Shown: piece after piece, positions 39,777 to 53,300 of the stretch
How the letters are laid out: the number at the start of each line of letters is the position of its first letter
How positions within the stretch are numbered: the first letter of the stretch is position 1
Assembly: GCA_040954595.2 (NCBI GenBank)
Contig: CM082586.2
Span: 4,822,509-4,886,508 of the forward strand
Reading direction: 5' to 3'
Source: Balanoglossus misakiensis
Lineage: Eukaryota > Animalia > Hemichordata
DNA: 64,000 nt
Notes under the pieces: generated by a model
The model's input: the letters and a program-made list of their open reading frames with translations, nothing else
What the model was told of the DNA's origin: nothing
Database searches by the model: none
Made by a program: the position numbers and the translations under genes

Positions 39777-41571
39777 ATGCATTTTGACGAAATCTTGGGA
39801 ATTCTCGGGGAGTTTGGAACCTACCAGAAGATCAGATTCTTCCTCATCTGTCTTGTAGCAATTCCAACGCCATGGTGCAGTATGTCCAATGCTTTCCTGA
39901 GCGCTTCCGACGACCACTACTGTCGAGTCTATGAACATCAATCATTCCACAGCGACACACTGCTAAAAAACTGCACTATTCCATACATCGATGGCGAGTG
40001 GAGCCAGTGCTACAGATACGATGTTAACCTGACTCATGGCATGTCTCATAACGCCTGTTTTCCACGCAGTAATAGTACAATTAAGTGTGACAGTGGCTGG
40101 GTGTACGATAGGTCAACTTATGAAAACACTGCTGTATTTGATGTAAGTATAAAGTGTGTGCGTACACTTTCTACCAAGATGGCTTGTTTGCTAGATGAAA
40201 GAAAAATGACTGAGTAAACATTTAGCGTATGACATAGGTCGATTTTCTGATGTTTGATTTTGTGGGTTGACAGTCACGTGTGTTTACCTGTACATGTTCA
40301 TGGACGTTGTTCATATAAAACGTCCATGAATGATGTCAAAGGTCAGGAAGGTGGCCTCTGTCCTCACACGTAATTGTATGCTAATGTCACATCATAAGTT
40401 ATTGGATAAAGAAAGCTGATAAATTGTGACATGTATGTTTGTTAAGTTTTTGTCGTTTTTTCTTCTTCTGAAGTTCAACCTGGTATGTGAAAAAGATTGG
40501 ATGAAGCAGTTATCCAAGTCTATTGTTGGTGCTGGACAGTTAGTCGGGTCTCTGGTTTTAGGACAGCTGTCAGATATGCAAGTATTTATTTTTTTATCAA
40601 TCTATCTTTACAAATGCCGATTTCAGAGCGAATACCAAATAAAAAAATTCCCACAAGTGTAAGTGAAAAAGGTCTCAAAGATACGCAAACTTGGCATCTC
40701 AAACAACCAGTCTTTACATCTGAGCCATTTTTTGAATTTTGACAGATATGGAAGAAAGCCTGTCTTCTTCGTAGGGATCATACTATTGGCCGTCGTTGGT
40801 GCCGGGACAGCTTTCGTGCCCGTGTTCGCCCTATTCATCGTTGGACAGTTCTTGATGTCAGGGCTGGGAACCGGTGTTTATCTGACTTCCTATGTGCTGG
40901 GTGAGCAATAAGATTTTATGATTTCATGCAAAATAAACCAGGTTTATCTCTTGAACATTATTTAAGTTGGAGTCTAATGATGATTTTAATAATAAATTGA
41001 ATTCATATTTGTCGATAGCAACACACTTTATGTTTTCCCCATAGGTGTTGAGCTGGTTGGTGCAAAATACCGAACGTTTTGCTCCGTGATGATCATGCTA
41101 GTGTTTTCCGTTGGATATATGGCATTGGCTGGGGTTGCCTATGGACTCAATGGTAATTGGAGACACCTGCAGTTGCTTATTGGCCTTGTATTTCTGCTGT
41201 TTATGCCCTTAGTATGGTATGTCTGGTATTATGTATAAAGTAAATTGACTCATTCATTCATTCATTCATTCATTCATTCATTCGTTCGTTCATTCATTCA
41301 TTCATTCATTCATTCATTCATTCATCCATCCATCTATCTATTCATTCATTCTGTCATTCTCTCACTCACTCGAACTATAGTGACTGTAACTTTTGGCTAT
41401 TTTCAATATTTTTTTTCTGCATAGCAACTACAGTTACTTGTTTTATATGCCACAGAGAATGCTAAAATTCTCTGTTGTATTGTGATTGTCAACACGGCCT
41501 TTTAATTTTGGACTCAAATTTAATTGTCATCAATGACGCTGAATGTACATGTATGGGCCCTTACGACGTAT

Positions 41572-41602
<31 letters not shown>

Positions 41603-44600
41603 TATATTTATTTATTTATTTTTTATATATTTATTTACTTATTTATTTTTGGCAACAAATAAGTTTTATACCCGAATCAGCAAGATGGCTTATACAAAAG
41701 AGAAGGTACCACAAGGCGGAAAAAATACTAAAGGCAGCTGCCAAGGCAAACAAAGTCTCTCTGCCACACGACTTATTTGAGAAAGAGAAAGCTGAGAAGA
41801 AGAAAGAGTCGATAATAGACAATGATGTGAAAGTTAAGGTTCGTAAAAACATGACATATTTTTTCAAAAATTACAGTTTTCAGTGAAAGTATTGTGAGAA
41901 ACACAGTTTAAAGATGACAAGGAAAAAAAGTTGTAATGTTACGGTATTTTTGTTTTCACAGACGGGAGAGAAACAGCACACGATGCTGGATTTAATGAGA
42001 ACCCCAAATCTCAGGAACCGAACACTGAACCTGTGTTTTAATTGGTAAGTTTTGTATCTTGTGTTGCGCCCTCAACGACGTCAGGTGGTATTTTGTCAAA
42101 TGTGGGCCGCAACTCCACAAGTACATCTGTTATCTTTATCCACCAAATTAGATTTTACCTTCGATTTTTCATCAAAGAATTAGAAAAATCCTGTATCGAA
42201 TTTCTTTTATATAATTCCTGTTCAATCCCTCTTTATCGAAGCCTCATTACTGTTTCTCGTTACTCCATAGGTTTGTCAACAGTTTCGTGTACTACGCTAT
42301 ATCCTTCAACACAGACACACTGCATGGAAATCCATACATATCATTTCTGATCGCCGGGGCCGTCGAGATCCCTGGCTACCTGTCCAGCTGGGCGGCCGCA
42401 GACTTGATCGGTCGACGATTGTCGCTCTTCCTGTACATGGTGTGTGGTGGTGCTTCGTTGATCGCCTGTGGGTTTGTAGGTAAGGGTCTGTTCTTCAACT
42501 CATATTTGGTTCCAACCAAAAGTTAATGATGGAAGTATTCATATGTGATATCCTTGTATGGGTTGTGAATAGAGCCATGACAACTGTTCTTTTGGCTTGT
42601 TTTAGTGATTAGAATGACATAGATTGCTTGTGAAAAAAATGCTTAAAATCATGTCAAAAGGTAGCAACTTTGTCCCTTTAAAGAGCGACGGTCATCTTAT
42701 GCGCATGTGCTAAACCAGAGACTCTGGTTAAGTCTGCTACTAGACTCATACACAACTCTGGGAACCTTCACAAACTCTCATCCCCAGTGAAGTCACTATG
42801 AACCCACATCTAAGCCAAAGTAAACCGCATGCTTCTATTGACAATCTCTTGCAGGAAACCCCACAGCTAAAGTGGTTCTGGCAATGATTGGCAAGCTCTT
42901 CAGCTCGGGGTCATTTGGTATTGTTTACATCTTCTCGGCCGAGATCTTTCCAACGGCTGTCAGGTACGGTAACATCTCTTGTGCTCAACAGTATCTCGTT
43001 TCAATTGTTAACATCCCAAAATTAAATATCCAAATGATAAAATCACGTGTTTTCTTTCATGTTTAAGATAAGATTTATCTTAAATTGTACATTTGACTGG
43101 TGCTGCAGGTAACAGGGTCAAAAGGTTATCTTCGTGAACTGAAAAAAATACTTGTAGTTCGCAGGAGTGTTTTGTAAACAAGTCAAGAAACTTTTCACAA
43201 TAGAGTCAAAAACACGATGTGTTGAATATTTTTTTCTCTGATTGATGACATGGCTATAGCTCAAAACTGAATAAATTTATATTAAACTTAACTGCCAAGT
43301 AAATATCTTAAATTTATTCCAATTATTTTAACTATTAACTCTTACATTTGAGCAGTTGCATATAAGTGTGGTCAAATTCATCAGTTAAACTGTCTAGCCT
43401 GGCTGAGTTGTAATCACCTGAATGATGCCACAGATCACCAGGGTTCAATATGTGAAGAGTTAATTACCAGTATCACTCATAGGACACTAGGGGCCTGGAT
43501 ATTTCCCATGATACACTCTGGTGAAGTCCAAATTAGCCCAATGAAGTCTGACAAATTGAACCCCCCCCCCCCTCTGCACACCCCTACCCCTGTGGACAAG
43601 ACAAAACAATTTACATGTTAATTTTCTAAAGGAATTATGACAGACCAATGTGCTTTGCAAATTCATGGTCCCTGAATGTGTGATATTCTTAGCACAAAGT
43701 AATTGCCCCAGTTTTTCCCCAAAGTTGAAAAAAAACAGAGTACAGTGTGTATATTTACCATTCACATATGGTGTTTGTTTCATATTTAGCCTCCGCACCT
43801 GCTACAGGTTAAAACTGGCAGGCATACTGTTGTTCACTCTTTGTTGCTAGTACAAAATCTACATCAGAACACCAGACCCACAACCTTCAAATCAAAACAA
43901 AAAGATTTTCCTGTTTCACATCTTTAGTGCGATTTTTGCATCATGTACCATACCGAGCAGTACCGTAATTGCTACACTTTGTGAAAGTTGTTGACGACTA
44001 ATCACCAATTAGTGAGAATTGTTGTGTGTTGTTTCCAAAATACCACCAGAATTTTCGTATATGCCTGTAGATTTGCATATTTGACAGCAGCTGTAGAGTA
44101 ATTAACGATCAAAGCATTCACAGACAAGAGAGTTTAATTGGTGTGTACGGCAATATTGAAAATTATCACTTTTTGGGAATATTGTTTGCATCAGTTACTT
44201 GGAATCATTTCAATTTTTTTCAGATCATACAGTTCTATATAATTATATATACCGGTAATGCACCAAAGGCTTATCAATAGATGCATTTACGACTGAAATA
44301 TCTTCTGTTTTCAGAAATGCCGGTATGGGAGCCTCGTCGACTTTGGCTCGTATCGGCACAGTGGTGTCACCATATGCCATGTTGCTGGTTGGCGTCTGGC
44401 CGCCATTGCCGTATCTGATGATGGGCCTCACGTCGTTCCTTTCCGGAGTCCTGGTGCTCTTCCTGCCGGAGACGCACAGACAGCAGCTTCCGGAGACCCT
44501 GGAAGAGGGAGAGCTGTTCGGAACGTAAGCAAACTATGAAACTTGAGCGCTTTTCCGGATGTTTGTTGTCTTTCTTTGGTCGTGTTTGAAGTTATGATGC

Positions 44601-45404
44601 GCCGTTAGGTACACATAACATGATCTTGTCACATACCCTCCACACAGTTGGTCGCGTTGGTATATTTAGCCGCAAGCTGAAAGGACATTATCACTAAGGT
44701 CTATTATTAAAAAATTCACAAAACTACCATATGTTCTCAGACACAAAAGGTGAACGGAGGCATATGGCCAACAAATGAACCAACTTCAGTAATGCTGTAT
44801 TTGCTGTAACTTTTCGCTATGTTTACAGTATTTTTGTTATGTGTTTATATCTACTGCAGTTTCTTGTTCAAATTCCTGAAGCATGATGAAACACCCTGTG
44901 ACCAGATTACACAGCCTGTCTGTATATAGCCAGCACTTACGGTGCAAAATTTGAATTCATGATGTTTGGAGTAGGATATGAAATTGCATTTGATGCAGAG
45001 ACTAGAAATGTTGGTATTAAAAATAGCCAACAATTACATGCTAATGTACGCTATCAGGCAGCCTATTTCACAGTAAATGAATCATTTCTCATTGCTTTTG
45101 TCATCTTTCATAAAAGTCTCAGCACAAAATTGAAAAGAATAAGATCGCTTGACGTACAAGTATCGACTAAGAAAACTGGTAATGTTTCCATTGAAATCAG
45201 AACAAAATGTCCAACTCTGTTTGGTGCTCAGTAGTTTACAACGCATCTTTTTTTTCCCTTCCCAAACTGTTTCATTTTCTGTGTAGGGTCAATTCGAGAA
45301 TCAAATACCGTGAAGACTCGCGTGGCCAGGACAGTGACGATGACAACCATGGTCCATCTCCAAGCACACCTCTGCTTTCAGATGTTAGTATACAGAAATA
45401 TTGA
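39777..45404 (+). CDS. SLC22-family organic cation/anion/carnitine transporter, paralogue A (about 560-566 aa)
   Basis: Exons 39777-40142, 40474-40577 (GC donor), 40746-40900, 41045-41216, 41664-41838, 41962-42044, 42271-42479, 42855-42963, 44315-44524, then 45287-45404 or 46272-46371. Motifs: FDEILGILGEFGTYQ, C-x2-GWVYD, FNLVC, SDIYGRKP, PESARWL, EIFPTAVR, LPET. Confidence 0.92.
41250..41350. repeat. (TCAT)n microsatellite
   Basis: tcattcattcattc... in intron 4 of paralogue A. Confidence 0.9.
41569..41648. repeat. (TATT)n microsatellite
   Basis: tatttatttatttattt... immediately upstream of the exon 5 acceptor. Confidence 0.9.
42677..42730. repeat. About 55-bp element, inverted partner of 45722-45775
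   Basis: ttaaagagcgacggtcatcttatgcgcatgtgctaaaccagagactctggtta versus the reverse complement of 45722-45775, ttaaagggtaacgatcgtcttatgtgcatgtgccaaaccagagactctggtta. Confidence 0.8.
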
Positions 45405-45721
45405 TAATCCATCATGATAACGACTAGTTTTTGGATTTATATTTTGTATTTTTTCCATGTTTTCTTACAATTTGATTTTCATAATTTGGGTGCTACAATA
45501 GTGCCAGCAAGAATAAAAATATAATTTGTGATCGTAAAATAGTTGCATGCCCTCATATATTCCATACAGCATATGCTCACTGCTTCATTCATTTGCATGG
45601 GTCAGGGTCATGTAGATGTACAGGTTATTATGACCTCCCTTGTGACCTTGTGAGGGGCTAACCCTCAAGTTCATTCTTGCTGTTTTCTGTCGCCTTATGG
45701 TATCGACTGCATAAAATTTTT

Positions 45722-45775
45722 GTAACCAGAGTCTCTGGTTTGGCACATGCACATAAGACGATCGTTACCCTTTAA
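45722..45775. repeat. About 55-bp element, inverted partner of 42677-42730
   Basis: See partner; contains the palindrome aaccagag-t-ctctggtt. Confidence 0.8.
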
Positions 45776-46271
45776 GACCAGGCACGTCTCATTCTCATCA
45801 GATTTGATCAAACACTGCAATCACATGATCCAACAAACACAATATAATTTGGAAAACAATAATGAATTCTTTCTGGCCAGATTATGATGGCTTTTGGAAA
45901 TGAGAAGTAAAAGCTTTGAAAGAATTACCACACTTTTTTGTTTTTGCCTGTTCAATTAAGAGCCATAATCTTTGTATTAATTTCATCACTGACTATTGAT
46001 GTGGTATTAAATTTCACGTCATATCCTATAGGTAAAAATTAATTTCGAATGATTTTCGAACATGTCTTTAAAGCAATTAATTAATGTCTACATTGGACTG
46101 GACATAATTGATATAATCTCCTTAATTCTCTTCCAAAAATGAAAATTGAATTTTTTGATGAGGATCATCATGTTGATGATGTGGCAGTATTAAGGGTCAT
46201 AGGTCAGTATTAAAGTCAGGTGGCCTTGTCGATAATATCACTCATTTTTGTCCTTTGACTTGTGTTCTCAG

Positions 46272-46371
46272 AAAAGGACAGCAAAACTACACTGAAAACG
46301 GCAGAGTAGAAGAAATTGAATTGCTGCTGAAAGAATTTGATGATTCCGAAGAAGAATTTTCCGTCATGTGA
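46272..46371 (+). CDS. Candidate alternative terminal exon of SLC22 paralogue A
   Basis: Acceptor tgtgttctcag; in the phase left by exon 9 it reads TKGQQNYTENGRVEEIELLLKEFDDSEEEFSVM-stop. Confidence 0.55.
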
Positions 46372-49300
46372 TGGAGGTTTCCATGACGACACCAGTCAGA
46401 TTTTCGCCGCCATTATAGTTATGCAGCTCGAATTCAACTTTTTGATATACTAGCTGTGGCGTGCAGCTCTGCCCAGATTTTCTGCTCTACACAGATTCAA
46501 CCTTCCGCGGTCAACCCTGGATTTGTGACATTCGCACAGAGAAAACCTAGCATTTGTGAAACGAAATCAATGACCGTGCCAGTTGACCTCTGTTTGACCC
46601 CATTGAGCGTGCGTATACACGCACGCAGTCGGGCATTTATTATGTTAATGGCCAAGACGCTATGGGACAGTCTACGAAAGTTATTCTTGGCATTGTGAAG
46701 GGCTATTTCTGTTCTGGGCCGACATTGACTCCGGAGGTCACATCGGCTCAAGGGCCTGGGAGGACACAGTTTAAGAAGTGTTGTCTAGGCGAACCAGGGT
46801 TCATTCTGTTATAGTATAAGTAAAGCATTATACTCCTTTCAGGTCAGGGTCTTATCCAAGGCTGGCTTTTCAAGTGTCAGCTTGCATGAGTTGTACCGGT
46901 AATGTGTACATAGTCAAAGATTAAACCACAGGGAACACAAGTTTGTGATTGTGTCTTTTTTGTTTTTGTAAACAAACAAACAAATAAATAACAGCACAAT
47001 CAAAGCCAGTGTTCCCTGTGATTAAACTTTCTCCATTGATGTTACAGTTCTGCAAAATTATTTTCAGTGAAAACAATCCGATTTGTATTCCATGGTGAAG
47101 GGCCGTTGAAAGATTTACACTAGCAGAATTCCAACAGTGCATTACATTTTTGAGAATTTTCAGGGTTTTTTTTAAATGTCCATCAGGGAGAATGGAGCAG
47201 GAGCTGAACAATTTGTCATGATGTCTTAGAAATCCAGGGATTGCAAACCCCGCACAGTGGCAGGATCTTTCTGCATTCCATTGTCTATCAACCGTGACCG
47301 CATAATCGCATTCACTAACTTGGACGGCCGACTAACCCATATTGACTCTGAATTTTTGTGTCATCCCCAACAGATGCTGTTCCATGTATACTGGTATCTG
47401 TATAACCAGGTCTTGACTCACGTGCAGTTTTCATTATGGCTACTGTATTTCTTGAGATCATTGCATTTACCAATTTTCTTGTGCAATAACAGTACTGGTA
47501 CTATAACTTACAGCAATCTCAGATGTATATGTACATATAGATTCATTGACAGACATTCAGTTCTAAATAATTTGTTAATTTACCAAAAAGCACAATGTGA
47601 GAGATATTTTTCTATTGCCAGAATGGGATAACATTGATAGCTTATTTGATAATAACTTTCATAAAATCTTATGTAATACAGCCATGTGAACCGTTTTTCA
47701 TGATTAAAAAATTGAATACAAAATCATGTCTCGGTAGTTTTTTATCTTTAAATGTCCACCAGCTGTAACTTTTTGTTAATTTCTCATATTTCCTTATTCT
47801 ACCCCCTACGGCATGTTTTGATAAATGAATTCTAGTCCGGACTTGAATTCAATTTTCCGCAGAAACAGAGACGATGCGTAGACTGTGTTGATAAGTTAAA
47901 CGCACTTTGGAGGAACATTTTGTGTCTTGTAAATGATTTCAGACAAAATGAAGGTTGGTTTCCAAGCATTGCAAATATGACGTCAGTGAATAAAGAACTT
48001 CATATCAGGAATCGGGTGATTGCTTTTGTCGCGGCTAACAGTAAGGGGTGCAGAGATCGAGAAAGATGGCAGCCTTGGCATCCATTTTAGTTCGAAAAAA
48101 ATATGTACAGATTAATTCGGAAATTATCCTGTTTCACGTATGACATGGCCCCGGATTTGATATCTCCGTTTGCAGACAAGCTTAGGTTCAGTAAATTCGT
48201 TTCGTCATTTCTGCGTAACATCCGATTCGGATGTGACGCGTAACCCCCCTCTCCATCCCCGCCTCAAAAAAAACGCGGTGTGACACAACGACAGATAGCG
48301 TTAAAATCCGACGGTCAACAGTTTTAAGATTAGCTTAGCACAGTCACTCAAAGCATATAGACAGTACTACTGTCTACGCTCAAAGGTAGCCTTGTGATTT
48401 CGAAAATGCAGCCGCAATTTTTGAATAAGAGCACTTTAATCTGAACGTGACACGCTCACTGTCATTGAAACTGGATTATAATCCACTGAGAAAAAAATCA
48501 ATACCAGACAGTTATCATAAAGTGAGTAATTTGTTTAACTTCTTTTGTGCTAAAGTCTACCGTGTCGTGTAGCTACGCCCTGTTCGCGGCAATGTTTCCA
48601 CAGATGATTAAATTTGATCATCGCGTTTGGGCGTTGTGTCGGGAAACAATTGTACCACGACAATGAAGTTTCGGTAAACACCGTTGCTACAAAACTAAAC
48701 AGAAGGTATTCGTTGAAAGTTGGGCCCACGCGTGCGCGGTAACCATAGAGAATGGGCAGAAACGGTATTCGTCTGTTGCTATAGGAAACGACGAAACTTA
48801 AAGACCCCTGATGGTACAAAATGTAATTCTTACCAATACTAATATAATAAGTCAGAAGCTGACAACATCCAATTGCATCACCGTTATCATGTAAAATCTG
48901 AACTTCTTTGACACGGCCACATAAATCGGGGTCACGCCACCGCGGATACAGCGGTGTAAGGTACGAATCGCACCAAATGATCATTAATTGTGGATATATC
49001 GTCAACTCTCGGGATACCCACAAGGATTTGATTTACTCTGTACCATGGCACGATCGGTTATTTTGACAACGTTTGTTTCAAGCGAGGATGTTTATGTTTA
49101 CTCTTGGCTTCGTTGTTGTCGCACAATAATGTATGGTGTGTGCGTCACACCAACGACGGTCACTCCGTACACAGACCAACGCATCTCAGCTCAGACTTAC
49201 AATACTGTGATGTACGTATTTAGATACATCGTCAGATTATCAAGGGATTTACGATGCGGCAGTATATATGACCAATGCAGTGGTATAATTTGTGTTGTTC

Positions 49301-50368
49301 GGGGATATTAACTTAATTAGGCCTACATCTTTCTTGAGTTGTTATACGAAGCATTCTCCCTCCGTCTCTCACTTGCATCTAAGACGTGTGTGCAGATATT
49401 AACCGTGTTATACTGGGAAGTGAAAACGACGAAAATACAATGTTTTTCCGTCAACATCGACCCCCAAAACCATCGAAAGGGCATGTGCTGTGTACACATG
49501 CAGTGCGGTTTTGACCGCCCTTTATGACTCGTGTGGACTTTTACCTCTGCTGTAGACTTTTGACCCCAATTTTGGTTCCAGCACGATTTTACGTGCGTAC
49601 ATTTGACCTTTAAATCAACTTTAAATCGCAGTATTCTGAAACCAGTATTGGCCAAAAATGTACACTTTTGAACCCCTTACTAGGAAAAATATAGAGTTTT
49701 TATGTAATTTGACTTATCTATTACTGGCTGGCTAAACCTGCACCAATTTAGAGTGGAATTCTCCCCTGGGGTGGGGGTACAGAACGCATAATGTCACGTC
49801 GCGTCGTCAACAAAAAGGGGGCGACTGTTAAGATTAGTTCATATCTAAACCAGTAAACGAAACATTAACAAAATACTGACGAGAACAGCTATAAATTACT
49901 CATTTTTTCTACATAATTTGCAGACATGGTATAATAATTGAACGAAAATCTCAATTCTTGGCGGGTTTCCAAGAAAAGCAGACGACACACTATACTCTCG
50001 TAGTGACGTGGGTCGCCTTGCATTAAGGGGAATTGTATGCGTGACGTCACTGCCGCGTTGGCCAGTCCTCGTCAGCTGTTGGTCCACCCACTAGGCATGT
50101 GATCACGACTCGATCATAGTACTTAATTGCTAACCCTGTGAGTACGTTATTCGTCAGCTGCCTCGCCGTCATCATCTACATGGCGTGTAATGTCCGCATT
50201 TCCCCTACCGGGAACAAAGGGCTTCCGTACCTCTTGGTCGTCCTCGCGACGATCTGACAATCCGACGGTTGAAAACAGCCCGGTGTCGCCGAGATCTTAA
50301 GTCACTCCCGTCGTCTGGCACTTTTGTTAAGCGTAGCTATTAACAGCCAGCTGAAACACACACACACA

Positions 50369-53300
50369 ATGGATATCGAAGAGGTGTTCACTTTCCTCGG
50401 GAGTTTTGGACGCTACCAGCGATTCATTTTCGTGCTCATGTGCTTGGTGATGATACCATGCGCGTTTGTCAAGCAGGCCAATACCTTCCTCGGTGCTACG
50501 ACGGACCACTACTGCCAGGTCGCCGGCAACCAGACGTACGAGGCGTACTCCCCGCTGAAACTATGCACCATACCGATCAGCGACTCTAGCGCCGGCGAGG
50601 AGGACAATACCACCGGCAGTGTGTACTGGGAGATGTGTACGCAATACGACGTGAACGTTTACAATTTCACTAACACATCCGAGATACCTCAAGAACTTTG
50701 CGACAGTCAACGGGATATCGTGTCCTGTCAGACGTGGGTGTACGACCGATCAACCTACGACAACACCGTCGTTCATGAGGTGAGGCTTGTCAGAATTACG
50801 GGTAGATTTCGAAATCGACAACACGCCGCGCCCGCCTGTATCTCGGGGAATGTCACCGGTTCACCCGTGATATGTTTAACTGATTAATACATTTCAATGT
50901 GTACACAAACTCTTAAATTTTATCAATATATAAGTTTATTGCTTATGTATGAGACAATTTAAAACTTAACAACCTGTATATGCGTTGAAATGTGAATATA
51001 TACCCTTTTAATTTAATTAATATATAAACTGATCGCGTATAGAAAAAAGAACATTTCACAACGTATGTGTTAATGTTTTGAGAACGATGGGCGCCGGGGC
51101 TCGGAAACATTTTTTTTGTATATTTTAACTTTATAATATTAAACGTTGGGTTATTTTATAGCGTGAGATTGGTTTCCACGGTCGATCGCCTCGCGAACTG
51201 GTAATAAAAATCCAATGTGAACTCGTAGCGTAAATCGGTCAAGGATACTAAACCGGTCCGTTCTAGTGTGTGTGGCCTTATCCTAGTCACGATCGCGTTC
51301 TTCTCCAAGCGGCAGCCATAGCAAAACGCCGGCCGCGGGTTTTCTTTTTAATAGCCAACAACGACCATGATCGACTTACGTAACGTTTTTGTTCGGTTGC
51401 TGTGTTCGTGTCGGCGGTTCTAAGCACGTCCATGGTTTAGGCGACGCCTTTCATTGGGGGATTGGGGAGTTTTGTCTCAGAAACAAAAGAGATGCTGCCC
51501 CGTCTATTGTGAACAGCGAACAGGGGTCAGACATTTTCCAGTGACTCGTTCACTTTCGGTATGGCGTCATAATCAGATTCGCGTTATTTTCTCGCGAAAG
51601 GAAATGGGGATTTCCCCAACTAAATGGGTAAAAAGCAGATAATTTATAAGTTTAGACTCAACTTCCCTGTTTTCATGATAAAACATGGCTTCATTGACAA
51701 TCGCGTACTTTGACAGGCTTCGAAACGCGTTAACGGGAAATCCAAGCCAAAATATTGTTTTAATGCGCTAAAAATACCAACATAAAGTCGCGGGTGTAAT
51801 TTTATGTCGATTTAAATGCAAACTATGTCGTTTTGACTGTTGTGGAAGTAATTTGCCAGAGTTCGCTTATTGTAAGTCATGGGACATGCATTGTTATGAT
51901 ACGCGTCGGTGTTCGCGCAATGCAGACTGGGTCGCGTCTCCAGAAATACACCGTATGTACATGTACCAGGAACAGAATGCCCCCTATCGTTGGGCCCAAA
52001 AAGTCATCAAGTGTTTTGGTGCGAAGGCTTGTCACCTTATGATTCTATCCATATAATAAACGGGGTATTTAACACAGTTTAAAGACAGCGTCATCGCCAC
52101 GGGGAATACACATGCAACGAATGTGTCGCCCAAGCTCTGTTCACTATTGAGCGTATGGGGCTAAGGGTCACCTTGACAAAATGTACTCCATGACGTTATG
52201 ACGTCACACGGCGCGCACGCAGCGTCAAATCCATTAGTACGCGTCTGCGACATTGTAGCAGCTGCCCGTAACTAAACTATGTCATGTGATTTCACGCTGT
52301 ATATTTCACGGACCATAGTCGTCAACAGAGCCTGTTTTTAACGTCGGGTGTGCCAATGAATCAGTTTCATAAAGCGATTTTAGAAATCGAAGGAGTCACG
52401 CGGATGAGACTTCAACGGAACTGTTTTTAACGGCGACGCCTACGTCATGACGATAGTTTAGTCACGGGGTAAAGACCTAACCCGAAATGACAGGAGAATA
52501 CAGGCTGCGCCGGTCAACACATGTTGAATTAACATTTCAGCGGCGATTGATATACATCCTAGTTTATTCTCATGCGTGGGGCCCTTGCCCGCACTGGGGT
52601 TGTGTGGCAGTCTCGCCGCGCGAAGTAAGATTGTACGCGAAATGAATTATTGTAGTGACATCGGCTCGGAGACTGTACTGTTATTCAGGTCAAGTAGGTT
52701 TACTGAAAGAAGGAATCAGCCAACACACCCCATAAATGAACTCTCGGTCCCAGTACGGAGAAATGTCGGTCATTATAAGGGAAATGCAGTTCGTCATCTG
52801 ACCAAGTGGAGTCATATTTTTTACATATTTATTTATAACATCTTCCCGACGGGCCAAATTTCTCCCGGCCTGGAATAACGCTAAATCGAAAACCATTGGA
52901 ATTCAAAAAGAATGTGTCTGCACCATACGCGATGATACAGTTTTATTTTTGTTCTGTCCTAATCTGTTCGCCACATATTTTTTTTCTATTTTGCGAAAAA
53001 GGAGTTTAAAATTACATTTCTTCAAACATTCGCCAATATCGATAACCTTTGTTGGATGCGTATATATGGGTTATCAGATCACGTGACTGCAGATGTAAAT
53101 TTAGGAACTACGAACATTAAGGCCTATAGAATTGATTTCTCTAAGCAAGTTCATGGTCGCCAAATATCTTGGAGATTGGCCGGGTAGTTCTGTAAATACC
53201 TGCGTGTACGCCTCTGACCGAGCGTAACCTCAGTTGTCTCCGCGTGCAATACTGCGCTCTAATGCAAATGGGAGCTTAGAAGGAAAGTTTCGGCCTCTCG

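Noticed and set aside
48550-49655. ORFs of 107-157 aa between the SLC22 genes
   Set aside because: Non-ATG starts and no recognisable motifs; compatible with chance in CpG-rich DNA.
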